Below are positions 23,200-36,454 of a stretch of 64,000 bases of DNA, piece by piece (within the stretch, counting starts at the first letter, position 1; each line of letters opens with the position of its first letter). The notes under the pieces are model-generated. The model saw nothing but the letters and a program-made list of their open reading frames with translations. It made no database searches and had not been told where the DNA came from. The stretch is from Lama glama. Its lineage: Eukaryota. Position numbers and translations under genes: made by a program. The stretch spans positions 20,026,001-20,090,000 of the forward strand of contig CM052830.1 in assembly GCA_028534125.1 (NCBI GenBank), given 5' to 3'.

Positions 23200-23951
23200 T
23201 CCCGCCCCACGGCCCATCTCCAGCATCTCCCCCATCCATCCATTTCTCCCCATCCTGAGGCCACCCCTGGCCATGACCCCACAGCTCACCACCAGACCCA
23301 GCACCCACCTCCCTACCAGGCTCCCTGCTTTCCCTGCCACTGGCTCGAATCCATTCTCTCCCCATGGTGGCCAGAACAGAATTCGAAAAGCACAAATCAG
23401 ATCCTGTCACTCTCCGGCTTAGCGCTCTCCAGAGCTCCCCCTCCCTCGCCCCTGCCACCCCTCTGAATAAATCCAGTTCCTGGTAGGGCCTCCGAGGCCC
23501 CCATTTGCTCCGTCCTCTCCTCCCTCTCTCCCTCCTTCTGCATCCACCAGCATGCTGTCTTCCTCCTGGTCTTCAAACGCACCCAGCTCCTTCCCATCTC
23601 CAGGCCTTGGTCTTGCTGTTCAGCCACCCGGGACGCCGTTTTTTCTCAGACTCGAGGTCACCTTTTCAGAAAGTCCTGTCCAGACTCCTCCCCCTCCAAA
23701 GCCACTCAGCCCATCCCAGTCACTCCGTTTCATGGCCCTGTTTACTTCCCTCCAAAATTCAGCACAGTCTGAATTATTTGAGGTTTGGCTCACTGCCACT
23801 CCCACAAGAATGGAAACCACCTGAGGGCAGGTGGAATGTGAGTAACTTCTAAGTGCTGTACCCATAGAGCCTAGAAGAGAACCTGGCCCTTAGGAGATGT
23901 TTCATAAACACTTGATGAATGAATGAATGGAGTGAGTGAGTGAATGAATGA
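23200..23951 (+). mobile_element. L2 3' region ending in a (TGAA/TGAG)n tail
   Basis: aaagcacaaatcagatcctgtcactctcc...ccttggtcttgctgtt...gagggcagg...ataaacacttgatgaatgaatgaatg. Confidence 0.88.
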
Positions 23952-24149
23952 AAGAAAAGACAGATCAGCTCTAGACCAGAGGGGCTGGTGAGAAGGGGGC
24001 CAGGGCTCCCTGTCCCCAGTGTCTTCTGCCCCAGCCTCTGAAGGGTCTCAGCGCCTGTTCAACTAAGGAAAGGGAACAGGTGGGGTGAGGTCTGTGGAGC
24101 AACATCTATGACCTGGAACCTTTTCTCTAAACAACTTCAAGAAGCAGTT

Positions 24150-24465
24150 CCAGATCTGAGACTCAGGTCTGAGTCCTGGCCCCGCCACTCTGTGCAACTC
24201 ACTTGACCTCTCCGAGCCTCAGTTTCCTCACCTGCATATTGGGGGGAAATAACAGGACCCATCTCCCAGGACTGTTCTGTGGGTGAATGAGATCATGCTC
24301 TCAAAAATATGAGACAACAGTGATGACAGAAAGATTCCCACCTTTCTATCCCTTTACAGATGAGGAAGCCGGAAAGGTTGTGGAGTTACCTGGGTCCCAA
24401 GGTCAGAAAGTGGAGAGCTAGGACCAGATGCAGGCTTGTCTGACTCAGAAACCAGGGCTCTTGCC
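24150..24465. mobile_element. Two MIR fragments in opposite orientation (+ 24150-24300, - 24340-24465)
   Basis: cttgacctctccgagcctcagtttcctcacctg on +; tttacagatgaggaagccgga...cccaaggtcaga on -. Confidence 0.8.
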
Positions 24466-27400
24466 CCTGTGCTGGTCAGTCCTCGGCTGAGAGTGGGGAA
24501 TGGAGCACAGGAGGCCTGTCTCTGACATTTGTACCTCGGTGGTCGTGTTCCTTTATTTTCCCCTTTCCCCAGGTTCAGCACAAAGACACTTCAGGAGGTT
24601 GGGAGTGCTGGCCAAGGAGCACAGTGCTGCTCCCACATCCCTATGCCTGAGGCAAGGGAGCTGGGGAGGAGGCAGTCGCCCAAGCCCCAGACAGGTAAAC
24701 TGAGGCAGGCAGAGAGCGAGTCTGTGCGGAGAGTCCCCGGGATGGTCTGAGGTGGGGGAATGTGCAGGCCCGAGACTCGGGAAGTCTGCAGGGAAGGAGG
24801 AATGCCACTTATCAAGCACAGCCCCTGAACCACCCGGCCAAGGGCACGGAGCAGGGGAGGGCAGCAGGACTCCGAAGACCCTGGAGTGTGGACTCTAAGG
24901 TCAGATTCTGGGCCCACCAACTCCCAGTCAGAATGGCTTCTGGGCTGGAAGGTCATCACTGAAGGTCCAGAGGCCTAAAGGTAAGGCAGCCCTAGCAGAG
25001 ACTCCGCTCAGGGCCAGCTAACGTGAGGCGGCTGTCAGGAGTCAAGGTGCCTTCGCTTGCAGCTCGTGCACGTTAAGAATTATTCCTCTTGGGAGCAAAC
25101 AATTTGTTACAATATCCATTGCTCGCTTTTCCCAGCTGGGTGTCCTCCCATACATCCTAGATTAATCCCAGAAGTCACTCCATTCATTTAGGACATGCCT
25201 GAGTGTACCTTCTCTTTTATTAGGGAAATTTTTCACTGTTTTGAAGCACTCATAGGTTTTAATTTGGGGCTGAGATTTTAAAGCCTCTTTCAGTGGCTAA
25301 GACACATGAGTAGGCTTGTGGCTGGAAAGATTCTCTCTGTCCTCAAAACTGGAAGGGCCTGGCAGGGGCCACCGGACCCTCTAGGGGAGGGGAATACAGT
25401 ACCTCCTCTCCAAGGAGCCAGGGACTGCAGACCTCAGTGCTGTGTGGCATTGGGGCACACCTTCAACGTCTCTGAGCATACCAAGGGAGGCAAAGTCTAG
25501 GAAGACCGATTATTTGGGTGTCCCTCTACAGAGTTCACCCAGGGAAGTCTGGGAGGTCATCACCTCTAAAACCCAGTCTTTGGGAGTAGCATGGGACCAA
25601 TGAAAAGGCTAGAAGTTTGAAGTTCAGAGGAGTCTCTCTGAGCCTAGCTTCCAGTTTCTTAGGATGAGCTAAGTGCTGCTCCATCTCTGGGCTGTTGTGC
25701 AAGCCCCAGTTCAGAGCAAGTCTGACTCAGGGCCTGGCACATGGTGGCTGCTTGATAAGAGTGAGTCTGCTGGTCCTCCCAACCCAGCACAGACCCCTCC
25801 CACTTCTCTTGGTCTCTTCACCCTCGAGAAGCCAGATTCCCTGCTTCCTTAATCCCAGCTTAAGGCTGCCCTTAGGCTGACCCCACCTCCAGCAAGAGCA
25901 TCTCCACAGGCCCAACCTGCCAGTCCAGGTGGCTGCCACCAACCTCCTCCCAGGCCCTGTACGAGGCCTTCATACCTCCCACCCGAGGCCCCAGGGTCTG
26001 AGGAGTCCTATCTGTCCACGCACCCTACAATGAACCCCTGTCCTCCACCACAGGCCCCATGCCAGGCTCTGTGCTGGGATCCAGGTTACATGCCCTCTGC
26101 CCTAAATCAGGAGACGGCTGTCCCACTCCCAACTCCTAATCCCCAACCCCTACCAGGGCTCCAGGGCTGGGACCTCTTTGGACTCTGATTGCAACCCCTT
26201 CCCACACCCTACCCCCTAACTATTCCCAGCCAGGCATGCCTATGCCCTCTCCACATTCCTCCCTGCCCCATCCCTTCCCCCAGATCCTCCTGAACACTAA
26301 GGTCTAGCCTCCTCCAGGAAGCCTTCCCTAATTTCTCCAGCCCTTATCTCCTTCCCTTTCCTGGACTCCCAGCATTTCTCCTCCATCTCTCTAACTTCAC
26401 ATTGCTACCCAACAGCAAAAATAGTCACCTACTCATTCTGTGGCCACTGAGCCCAGTACCACTTGGTAGTCAGGAAGGATGGACTCATTAAATGATTCAA
26501 GGAGAAGGACTCCCACTGATGTGAATAGGTATCATTATGCCCACTGTGCCAATGCAGAAACTGAGGTTAGAAGAAGTGAAGCACTTGCCCAAACCCTGGG
26601 GCTGGGATATGAACCAGCCCCACCAAATGGTGCTGTTAAGACAAAGTCCACAAATCCACATTCCACAGACATGACCCGCCAGCCCTGCAGTTCACACACA
26701 CTACCCCGTGTGACCCACACCACCTCAGCCCCACTGCTTTCTAGGCCCCCCCCCAGGAGAAAACTGGGGTCCAGAGAGGCGGGGTCACTTCTCAAGGCCA
26801 CACAAACAGTTAAATGGCAAGACTAGAGCTTGAATCCAAAGTCTCTCATTCCTAACCTGGTCAGACCCTCCCTCACAGGGTCTGTAGACCCAGCCTGCCC
26901 TCCCCTCTCCCAGGCTGCTGGATGGCCCCCTCCCGGTCCCCAACCAGCACATCACCTGCTCCCAATTATCGGTCCAACCCAGGACTCCAGGGAGAACCTG
27001 CACGGTTGGATGACCTTTCTGAGGGGCCGGGCTCTCACAGTTCTGGGTATTTACACAGGCAGCCTCGCTGCAGTGGCTTCCAGAAAGTAGGACATTCCGG
27101 GGAGGGGGGGCAGGAAGGCAGGTGTGGGCCGAAAACACTCCCGCCACCCTCCACACCGCCTGGACAGCGGAGCCACCCTCAGCACAGTCTCCTCAAATGA
27201 CCTTGGAAACTGCTGTGGGGGGACCCTGTGGGGCCAGGGGCAAAGGCCCAAGCTGCCCACTGAGGGGAGGGCCTTGGCCAATGTCCCCTCCAGCTCCTCT
27301 TTGCTCAGTGACCTGGAAGGCCTCGGGGCAGATGGGAAGAGAAGCCCCTGAAAAGGAGCAAGAACCCCTCTCTGCATCTAGGGGTCACCTCACTTCACCG

Positions 27401-28101
27401 AGCCTCTGCTTCCTTATCCATAAGTGGGGTTCAGGTAGTAGAGGCCTCCATATTCTAGACACTCAGGTAAACTAGGCGGGCTTACCCCAGCAGCATCTAA
27501 GGATGCAGCTCTCCTGGGACACCTGGCAGACACTCAGCCCCAAGCAGGACAGATCTGATCTCCCAGAAAACCAGCCCAGTAGTGCTGAGTAGGGGCACCA
27601 AGCTGAACACAGGTGGACACACCTACTAAACAGCGACAAAACTACACCCGGGATGTCACCAGGGAGCCTGGGGTCTCAGCAGCCAAGAGGATGCTGCCCC
27701 TATCCAGACCGGCTGTTCCTGAGCACAAGGGCAGGCCATGCCCACAATTAGGGACTGTCATCTACACAGCGCAGCCTCCTCCCAACTCCATCCTGGCCTG
27801 AGTGGAAGAGCTGAGGGTCAGATGAGTGGAAAAAGGACCAGGAGTTCCCAGTAGAGGGCACCAGTATGTAGGGTTCAGTCTGGAGCCAGAGGGGCTTAAG
27901 GGCTGCAGAGGGCAGAAGTGGGGCTAGTCCTCCCCTCTTAACCCTCCCCATGCCAATCCCCACCTCCACCACTGAGCAGAAAGGAGCTGCACCCCGCCCC
28001 CGACACACACAACCATCATTCTCAAGGCTGGGGGTGCCCACCTTCGGTGTCCCCCACATTCTTGTCTGCAGCTCAGACTCCACTCCGTCTCTCTCCAACC
28101 C

Positions 28102-28241
28102 NNNNNNNNNNNNNNNNNNNNNNNNNNNNNNNNNNNNNNNNNNNNNNNNNNNNNNNNNNNNNNNNNNNNNNNNNNNNNNNNNNNNNNNNNNNNNNNNNNN
28201 NNNNNNNNNNNNNNNNNNNNNNNNNNNNNNNNNNNNNNNNN
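28102..28241. other. Assembly gap (140 N)
   Basis: Run of N. Confidence 0.99.
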
Positions 28242-28699
28242 TCCCGAAACCTATGAAACCTATGGGCTAAACACAAAGGCTAACAAGGCAAGCTCCCTGC
28301 GTACCCCTCCCCCAGCCACACAGCGCCCTCGGGGGCAGAGGCAGGAGTGGCAGCAGTGGCAGCTGCGCCCACTCTGATATGCACAGAACCCTGGACCCTC
28401 ATCCGAGACTGCTCAAAGGCCTCAAATCTCTCTTCACCCCCCCACAAAAAGGGTGGCAAATGGTTGAGGGGTTAACAAGATGATAGGGCACTCAGACAGG
28501 GCAGGGGCCATGTCTGCCGGGTTCCTAGAACCCGACCCTCGATGCACAGCTCCCCAGAAACCCCTCTGCTGCCCTCCATCACTCCGTCCTGTAGCTGATG
28601 ACTTTAAATTATACTTATTAAGCATCTACTATGCGAGTAGGAAAAGAGAGCTCCCGGGGGGCCAACCATGGCCCCTGCCCCATATTGAGCTGACCTATT

Positions 28700-29010
28700 C
28701 ATGGAGGCTTCAGGGAAGCAGGTTCAGATCAGTAGCACAAGGAAGGACTTTTTCCACATCAAAGTGGCCTCCAGGGCCTAGGCTTCCCTGTAGAGAGTGA
28801 GTCCCCCATTCCTGCAGTTATGCAAGTAAAGGTCAGAGGCCACACTCTCAGGGACACCTGCACTCCCCCAGTATGAGTCTGGGTTGGGCCAGCGGGTCTC
28901 AACCTGGCCAGTCACCAGAAATGACGGCAAGGCTTGTTAATCATCCAGATTCCTAGGTTCCACCAGTGATTCCAGATCAGGAGGTCCTGGTAGACCCCTG
29001 AGGATGCTGA
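28700..29010 (+). mobile_element. L3/CR1 3' fragment (~28700-28890) abutting a MER5-like hAT element (~28890-29010)
   Basis: gaaggactttttcc...gtgagtcccccattcctgcagttatgcaagtaaagg; then cagcgggtctcaacctggc...cagattcctaggttccacc. Confidence 0.55.
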
Positions 29011-29019
29011 CAGCTCCTT

Positions 29020-29850
29020 CCTTTACATGCCCAGCCCCAGCCTCTGCCCTCAGCTGTAGCCTCACATATCCCCGGTAAGTGCAGCCTTTCCATGTGGATA
29101 CTGACATCTTAAACGTACCACTTCCAAACAGGACTCTTCCTTTGCCTTCCAAACCCATCCCCAGCCCCCCTGAGCTCAGCTCAGTCAAAGGCACCACCAC
29201 CCACCAGTTCCCAGGCTCTGACCTCTCACAGCCCACAGTCCACCCTTCGGTCTTCTACACTCAGCCACACCTCCCCACCCAGGCCCAGCCCACCAGCTCT
29301 CTCTGGACTGATGCCGGGGCCTCCTAGGGTCCTGCTTCTACTCCCCCTCCCCACCTCACTCCCCTCACCCCATAGTCTTTCCCTCATGAGGCAGTGAGAG
29401 GGAGCCTGTGGGATATGAACAACTTCCACTCACACTCTCCAACAAGAGGCTCTGTAAGTCCATTTCCCAGCCCCTCTTCCCACCGGCTACTCCCAGCTCA
29501 GGGACTGTCCAAACAGCTGAGGGCTTGTTCCCTCTCCTCCAGTCTCTGCTCCAAGGGCAGCTCAGCCGAGAGGCTTTTTCCCAACCACCCTGCAGAGCGG
29601 GCTCCCCCTGCATGCTCGCTCCCCTTGTCCAGGGCACTTATTGCTCCCTAACCATGTACTATGAATTTACATCTCTGGTCATTTTCTGTCTGCTCTATTA
29701 GAATGTAAGCACAGTGAGGACAGCGACCGGGTCTAACTTACTCACCTGTGAATGCTGGGCACGTAGAACAGTGCCTGACACATAGCAGGTGCTCAATATG
29801 TATGTGTCAGATGAATGATGAATGAGCCATTGAATGAATGAATGACTTCA
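29020..29850 (+). mobile_element. L2 3' region
   Basis: catcttaaacgtacc...tcagtcaaaggcaccaccacccaccag...tagaatgtaagcacagtgaggacag...gtgcctgacacatagcaggtgctcaatatg...tgaatgatgaatga. Confidence 0.88.
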
Positions 29851-30429
29851 GTAAGCATTTGTGCAGTACCTGGTATATGCCACAAGGGAACAGAGGGGCA
29901 AATAAGGCTAGGTCTGTCCTGAGAGCCCCCAGAGTCGGTGGAGAGAAACAGATCCACATCCATGGGTAATCCCACCCAGGCAGTGAGCAGTGCTGGGGTG
30001 AACATTCATGTTCAAGGAGGGGAGGACTGGTAGGGGACCACCAGTTGGGCCTAGAGGTCAAGGAAGCTTCCTAGAAGAGACACCCCAACCCTCAGCCTCC
30101 CTCCCTGGCTCTTCAGTGTCAGGGGCCACCCCTTCTCCAACCCAATAGAGGGGATGAAGGGAGGCCTGTCTGACCAGCAGCACTGAGTCAGGAGTCAGAA
30201 AGTGTTCAGATCTGGTGCATGTGTCCCTCTGGCAAGAAGACCTGGACAGGGCTCACCAGAGACAGAGGAGCTTGATTTAACTGCCACTAATCCCACCAGG
30301 GAGCGAGAGGTCAAGGACTGTGGTATCTGGAACTCCCAGCCTCCCCTGCCCTTCCTCCACCTGGCCACCCTACCCTGGGCCCTCCCTGCTCCCCTAAACC
30401 TTTTCTTCCCATCATTGCTCTACATACAT

Positions 30430-30775
30430 CATTTTGTACATCCACGTCCTATTTATGATGACACACTAGGGGAACAATCAAACCCCACCACAGAGAACTG
30501 GTTAAACATGCTACGGCACACACAGGCTGGAACATTATGCTGCCATTAAAAATTACAGTACAGAAGAGTATTTAATGATGGGAAAATGATCTTGGTATAG
30601 TATTAAGTGCAAAAGGCAGGTTAGAAAACAGTGAGTACAGTGTGATCCCAATTATGTCATAAATACCTATTTTGTAAAAGACTGACGGGTAAAACACCCA
30701 AGTGCTCACATTTCCCATAGAGAACATGCGGGCTTTTTTGTAATCAGAAAAATAGAACATTTTAAATGTTCTACA
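30430..30775 (+). mobile_element. L1ME-type 3' UTR fragment
   Basis: gaactggttaaacatgctacggcaca...attatgctgccattaaaa...attaagtgcaaaaggcaggttagaaaacag. Confidence 0.8.
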
Positions 30776-32419
30776 GCCTTCAAGGCTCAGCTCAGGCATC
30801 CCTCCTCCAGGACCCTCCAGCCCCCCAGCTGAGAGAGCGACCCCGACTCTGTGTTAGTCGTTCCCCACCAACCCCGTCTCCCTGCCCACTGAGCTTCCTG
30901 GTGCCTTGTGCTGGCGCCTGGACAGCAGGGAGGCTGCTTCGGCCCCTGATGAGGGTGGGGGGAGGGCCCAGCCACCCACCGCCCTGATGCCCCTGCCCCC
31001 AGCCCTCCCCTCGCCCCTGGCTGCCTTGCAGGTAACCCTGGCCCATCCTCTCTCCCCATCGCCCAGCAGCAATTACAGGTTAAACTGGAGGGACTAATTA
31101 GCTGCTCGTTCCACCCAGGACTGATTGCTTACAGGTATATTTTGATGGAGATAACTGGACTTCAAATCGAGGCGAGTGCCCAGGAAGGAAATCCAGCTAT
31201 CTGCTCCCCCCAACCCCACAGCTTCCTGAATGGGAGGACTGTCATCTGAGCCTCAGGCGTACCGCAACTGTCACCCAGTCCTTCAGGAGAAGGGCTTTGA
31301 GGCCCACTGCCCTGCTGAGCCACTAGGTCTCCTTCCTCTGAAACATGGGGCTAAACTTCCAGTGCCACCTGCTGCCCCAAGCCTCCGCCCGGCATCCCTC
31401 TCATGGGTCAAGAACAGGGCACTTATTCACTGTCACAAGCAAGGCAAGCGAGGCAGCAATCCAGATCCCCCTCCTTCCCCTTTGACAGCCTCTTCGGGAC
31501 TTGCTGTAGTTTCTCCACATTTCCCCACATTTCCCCACACGAGACAGAGTGGGAGGCCTGTCACCTCCCAAATTCTGGGTGTCCTGCTCCTCGTGATACA
31601 GTCCACGAGGCCATCTGCTCTGCTCATACAGAGCCAAGGTCACCTGGCTGCCAGTGCTTGTCACACGCACCCTCGGGGGGCTGAGTTTCATCCTGCCTTG
31701 AAGGTGTCTGAATCCGCACGTTTACTCTGGCTTGGAGCCCCGTTAAATTTCACACGATGGAGCCAGTGCCAGCCTCTTGACAGTTTCTTGGCCCTTGACT
31801 GTCTCAGTCCACACATTCCCACTCCCTCCTGACCTGGAGTCATGCACACATTTGGTCAACAATGTGACAGAGCCAAGGACAGGGCCCTTCAGCTCCCCTT
31901 TAGAGACCTCCCACACCACCTGGGAACCCATTTGCCGGCGCGTTCATGAAACCACGTCACTCAGAAGAGCGCCCCAGGCTCCTGAGCTGGCTGCCAGGGC
32001 CCAGGGCACAGCAAGGACTAGCGGGAGGTGGCGCTACCAGATCAGACCTCCTGGCCTTGACTTCGTGCGGGGAAGAGGAGATGGGAACACCCCCAGAAAG
32101 ACTGCCCCTCAGTGGCCTCCCTACAGGCTCTCCGCTGGGGACACCACATCTACCTCCCATGGCCCACACCACCCCCACTCTGCCAAGTGGCTCAGAGTGG
32201 CCTCTTACCGCAAGTCGAGCAGGCGTCTGGGGCATGCCGCTGGGCTGGGGGTCAGCCTGGGCTTGACTGGTCTCCTTCCTTGCCGGTGGGCACAGGAGCC
32301 TCAGGGCCTGTGGGCGCAGGAGGCTGTGGGAAAAGGAGATGAGCTGTCAGCCAGGGTCGGGGAGCAGGGGCAGTTCTGGGAAGCAGTGGGGGGCCATGCA
32401 CGCAGTGGGTCTGATCCCA

Positions 32420-32560
32420 CCAGACTGGGCCATAAACACTCATACATCTCACACATGCACACACACGCTTTCTCTCTGACACATTCACATATCACTCACA
32501 CACTGGCATTTACACACACGTGCTCTAACCCACTGACACACACTCACACACACATGCCAC
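32420..32560. repeat. CA-rich low-complexity tract
   Basis: Interrupted acac/tcac runs. Confidence 0.75.
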
Positions 32561-33254
32561 CAGCCAGGGCAAGCGAGGTTCTGGGAACAGTGGGGTTTCT
32601 GGCAACAGAAAGGGGGCAGGGGTGTCTGAATAGGACCCCCCTACCCACTGGCTCTGTGACCTTGGGAAAGTCAAATTTCTGGGCCTCACTTCCCTCATCC
32701 ATAAAATGGGGACACTGTCCCTCCTGCCAGGACTGCTGGGAGGATAAAAGGAGAGAAGGAATGCATGGCCTGGGGTGCAGCGGGGCCTGCCTTCCCTCCC
32801 AGTCCCACTCCAGGAGGCAGGCCCAGAGCTGGGCCCTGAGAGTAGGTGCAGCAGAGCACCAGGGGTGCCTCTCCCTGAGCCTGAGACCCCCGCCTCCCAG
32901 TTCCCAGATCCCCACGGCTCCCACCCCTCACCTCCTTCCCCAGCCGATCCTGGTATATTCCTCCACATGTTCTCCAAGGGCAATTTGGGTTCCAGTCTCC
33001 CCATCCTCCACGAGTAGGGGAAGACACTAGGGAGTCCTGTCCCCTTGGCACGACCCCAAGACACGGGCCTGGCTGGAAGTCCCAGGAGGCAGATCGACTC
33101 CCAGCTCTCCCACTCTCAGGCTGTGTGGCCCTGGGCCAAGCTTCCCTCTCTGAGCCTCAGTTTCCTTAACTTCTCAGACCAAGATCCAAATACCCCTCTC
33201 AGATAAAGACCCAAATCCCTTTCTGAGCTGTTGCCAAGAGGTTCCAATCCAATT

Positions 33255-33540
33255 AGTTTCTCAAAGTGTGGGACACACGTTACCGGAGGTGCACACGGGG
33301 ATTCTAGGTGGTGCACAGACAGGCATTTTGATTTTCATAGGTGCGTGTTTATTTTTCCATGTGTTAAAAAAAATGGCAAGCATATTACAGCTGTGATCTC
33401 ATGGATGTGCGGCTTGAGGAGTGCTCTGTGATCCACCTTCAAACTTGAGTCAACGCAAAGACAAGCATTGAGAAAGCATGAGTGCAGGTGGCACCCAGAG
33501 GTGACTCTAATTGTGACGGGGAGAGGGACATGCAGAAAGT
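33255..33540 (+). mobile_element. Ancient hAT-Charlie DNA transposon fragment (subfamily uncertain)
   Basis: Terminus tagtttctcaaagtgtggga followed by ggaggtgcacacggggattctaggtggtgcacagac. Confidence 0.55.
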
Positions 33541-34838
33541 CAGCATCTAACGTGGCCTGGCTCCCAGCAGCTGCTCCCTCTTCTTCCCTGAAAGGCCAGG
33601 CCACCCCTCCTTTTTCTCTTAATTCCTCATATGGTACCACATAGCACAGGCCCAGGTCCCCAGGGGGACATACAAGGCCTTCCAGATGGGAAAGCTGGGG
33701 CTCAGAGGAGGCTGTAATAACGTAGGCCTCTGAGTCCTTCCCAAAGCCAACATTCCATCAAGTCTAAGATGCAAACGGTGGAATTTCTAGCTACGTGGTA
33801 GGTAAAGATGGAAGGACTCTCTGGAGGCAAGTCTTCTTGTTTCATGGACTGCCAACTTCTCCTCCAAGAAGGAGGCAGAGAAATGGGCCTCGAGCAGGTT
33901 CCACGGTCCGCCTTGGCTTTCCCATCCTGATAACAGAGCCACGAGCAGTGAGGACCCAGCAAGAGAGGGCCTGCCTAGCCCCACAGTTCACAGCCCCAGT
34001 GTATGCGCCCTGCTGCCAGCAGGTCCCAGGGATGCCCCGCCATGGCTGCTGATCCTGGAGGACAAAGGGGTAGCCAGATTCTGGGCAGTTCCTCAGTACT
34101 GGGTCTTCCAAGCCAGGCCTATCCAGGCAGGGGTGTCCTGAGTGGCCGCCCAAGCTGGCTCCCTGTAGATTGGCACAAGCCAGCAAGGCCCAGGCCAACC
34201 CGAGCAGCCCTGTCTCAGGCAGACCTCCAGACCACCTGGCTGGCAGCCCTGAGCCCAGTTCCACCTGAGCTGGCACGGCAAGCCATCCCCACAGCACCGC
34301 TCCAAGCCCCCAGCTACCATGTTCCAAGATAATGAATGGGCCTCCCGCTCCCTTCTCCCCAAACCTTTCTAAAGCTCCCACTCTCCTCGGTGGCATCACA
34401 AGGAGTTGCTATGGAAATGGGACCACAGGCAGAGCATGACAATGATTTGGGGCAGAGGAGGAGACGCAGTGGGAGCTGGGAGCTCTCCTGGACACAAGGT
34501 CTGCCTGTAGCCAAGTCCAGAATGGACATGAAATCCTAGCAGCTGGCCCGACAGCCAAGGAGGGGTGAAGGAAACTGTAGCAGAGGTGGGAAGGCTTCCA
34601 ACCTTCCCTCCTGGCTCCCCGACTCCTCCGTGGAGCCCAGGGAGCCCTGGGAATCAGATGCCTGTGTGTTCAGCAGAATTAACTCACGCCCTGGGGAATG
34701 TGAGGCTTCCACGGAAACAGCTACTTCAGGATGTGCCAGAGTGGGTTCAGTACTGCGGGGGGCTGGCACCCAGTAGGTGCTCAGAAAACACTGTGATCAA
34801 AGAGGATAGTACTGGCATGTGTATATACCTGTGTGCAC

Positions 34839-34866
<28 letters not shown>
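34839..34866. repeat. (TG)n microsatellite
   Basis: About 13 TG units. Confidence 0.96.
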
Positions 34867-34870
<4 letters not shown>

Positions 34871-36454
34871 AACAGAGACAAGCGCCTGCTCTGGTCAACA
34901 GTCACAGAATCTCAAAGCTTGAAAGGTCCATGTCCATTGTACAGAAGGGAGACTGAGGCCCAGTGAGGGTCAGGGTCAACCCAGCAAGTCAGCCAAAAAA
35001 TTAAGCCCAAAACCCAGGTCTCCTCCTCCCAGACCTGAACCCTCTACCCTATACCTGTGGGTTTTCTTTCTTTCATTCATTCATTCTACTGCTGGTAAGC
35101 ACCTACTTTGTGCTTGGTGACGGGGATAAAAAGACACGAAGTACAATATGCCAGGAGCTCAGAGAGGAGACAGTCCGCCACGGTCAGAGGCAGGATGCTG
35201 GGACAGAAGTGTAAGGGGCTGCAGGAGCCCAGGGAAGGTCACCTAGAAGATTTCAGTTATGTGCTTCTGGGCCATGTTTCAAAGAGACTTCCAGGTTTCC
35301 CCGATTTGTCTCCCAACTGCTCCCTCAGCCCAAGGCCCCCTACAGCCCCCACACAGAGGCCTCCAGTGTGAGGCCCTCACCTCCAGGAGATCATGGGGCG
35401 TGTTCCCCATTTGCAACCCCAGTTCCCAGAAATGAGGAATCATGAGAAAGTACCTTGCTACACAGAAGCTCAAAGAAAGTGAGTGCCCTGGCTGCCCTCC
35501 TCCTTTCCCCTGGCTCAGCATCCTCCTGCATTGTTCATTCTTTCCTCTCTCATTCCTCCCTTCCTGGGCACCTCCCATGAGCCAAATGGCACTGGGCTCG
35601 GGATGGGGCAGAGAACAAGTGAGCCCTAGTCATTGGCTGTCACCCTCGTGAAACTCAAGTCCCCACCTCTGGCAGCAGCACACAAATCCTCTCCTGCGGA
35701 GGTTTTTCTGGTGGAGGTAGTACTGAGGGGACAACATCTTCCAGAGCTTGGCCTGGAAAACCCAACAGCTCCGCTGTACCCAACATGGGCCATGCCTCCC
35801 GGCAGCCGGTCCACATTCCCGGGACCAATTTTACACAGGTGGAAACTGAGACCCTGAGAGGCACCCAGGTGGACCCAAGGTTGCTGAGCACCGAGAAGGC
35901 AGGAAGGGGAAAGACCAGCGAGGGCAGGAGGGAGGGGCCAGGCCCAGGGCTGCGGACAGGGAGGGAGGAGCTGCCTGGGAAGGCTTCCTGCTGGAGGAGG
36001 GGTGAGGCTTAGCTCAGAGTCTTCCCTCAGGCTCCCAGCAAGAAGTGAGCGTCTCTGAGAGAGAGAACTGGGCCAGGGGCTGTCCTGCCAGCCCATGTGA
36101 CTTGGGGCTGGGCTGGCAGGTGAAGGGTGGATGAGGGGGGCATGTCCCTAACCGGCCTCCATCCTGTCCCAACCGACTGAGTGCTGCCATGCCTACCATC
36201 GCCCACCCCTAATTACTGTTGCTCATTGGGGAACCAGCTGGGGATGAGAAAACAGTAGAGACACAAAAAGGAGAGGCAGAGCAACTGGGACCCCAAAGCT
36301 CAAGACAGAGAGATGAAATGAATAGGCAGATGGGACTATCACTGCCTGCCCGAGCTGGCGCTGCAGCTGCCAGGAGGAGCCCACAAACCAGGGCTTTGCA
36401 AAGATTTTTCAGAAATAAAATTTTTATTTGAAATGAAATCTTATACAGTGGGGG

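Noticed and set aside
29740-29748. Consensus minus-strand donor CAG|GTGAGT
   Set aside because: Lies inside an L2 3' end with no convincing acceptor upstream.
31777-33030. 417-aa plus-strand ORF
   Set aside because: Runs through a CA-rich tract and a MIR core (~32640-32770), starts at a non-ATG codon and resembles no known domain; consistent with stop-poor GC-rich DNA.
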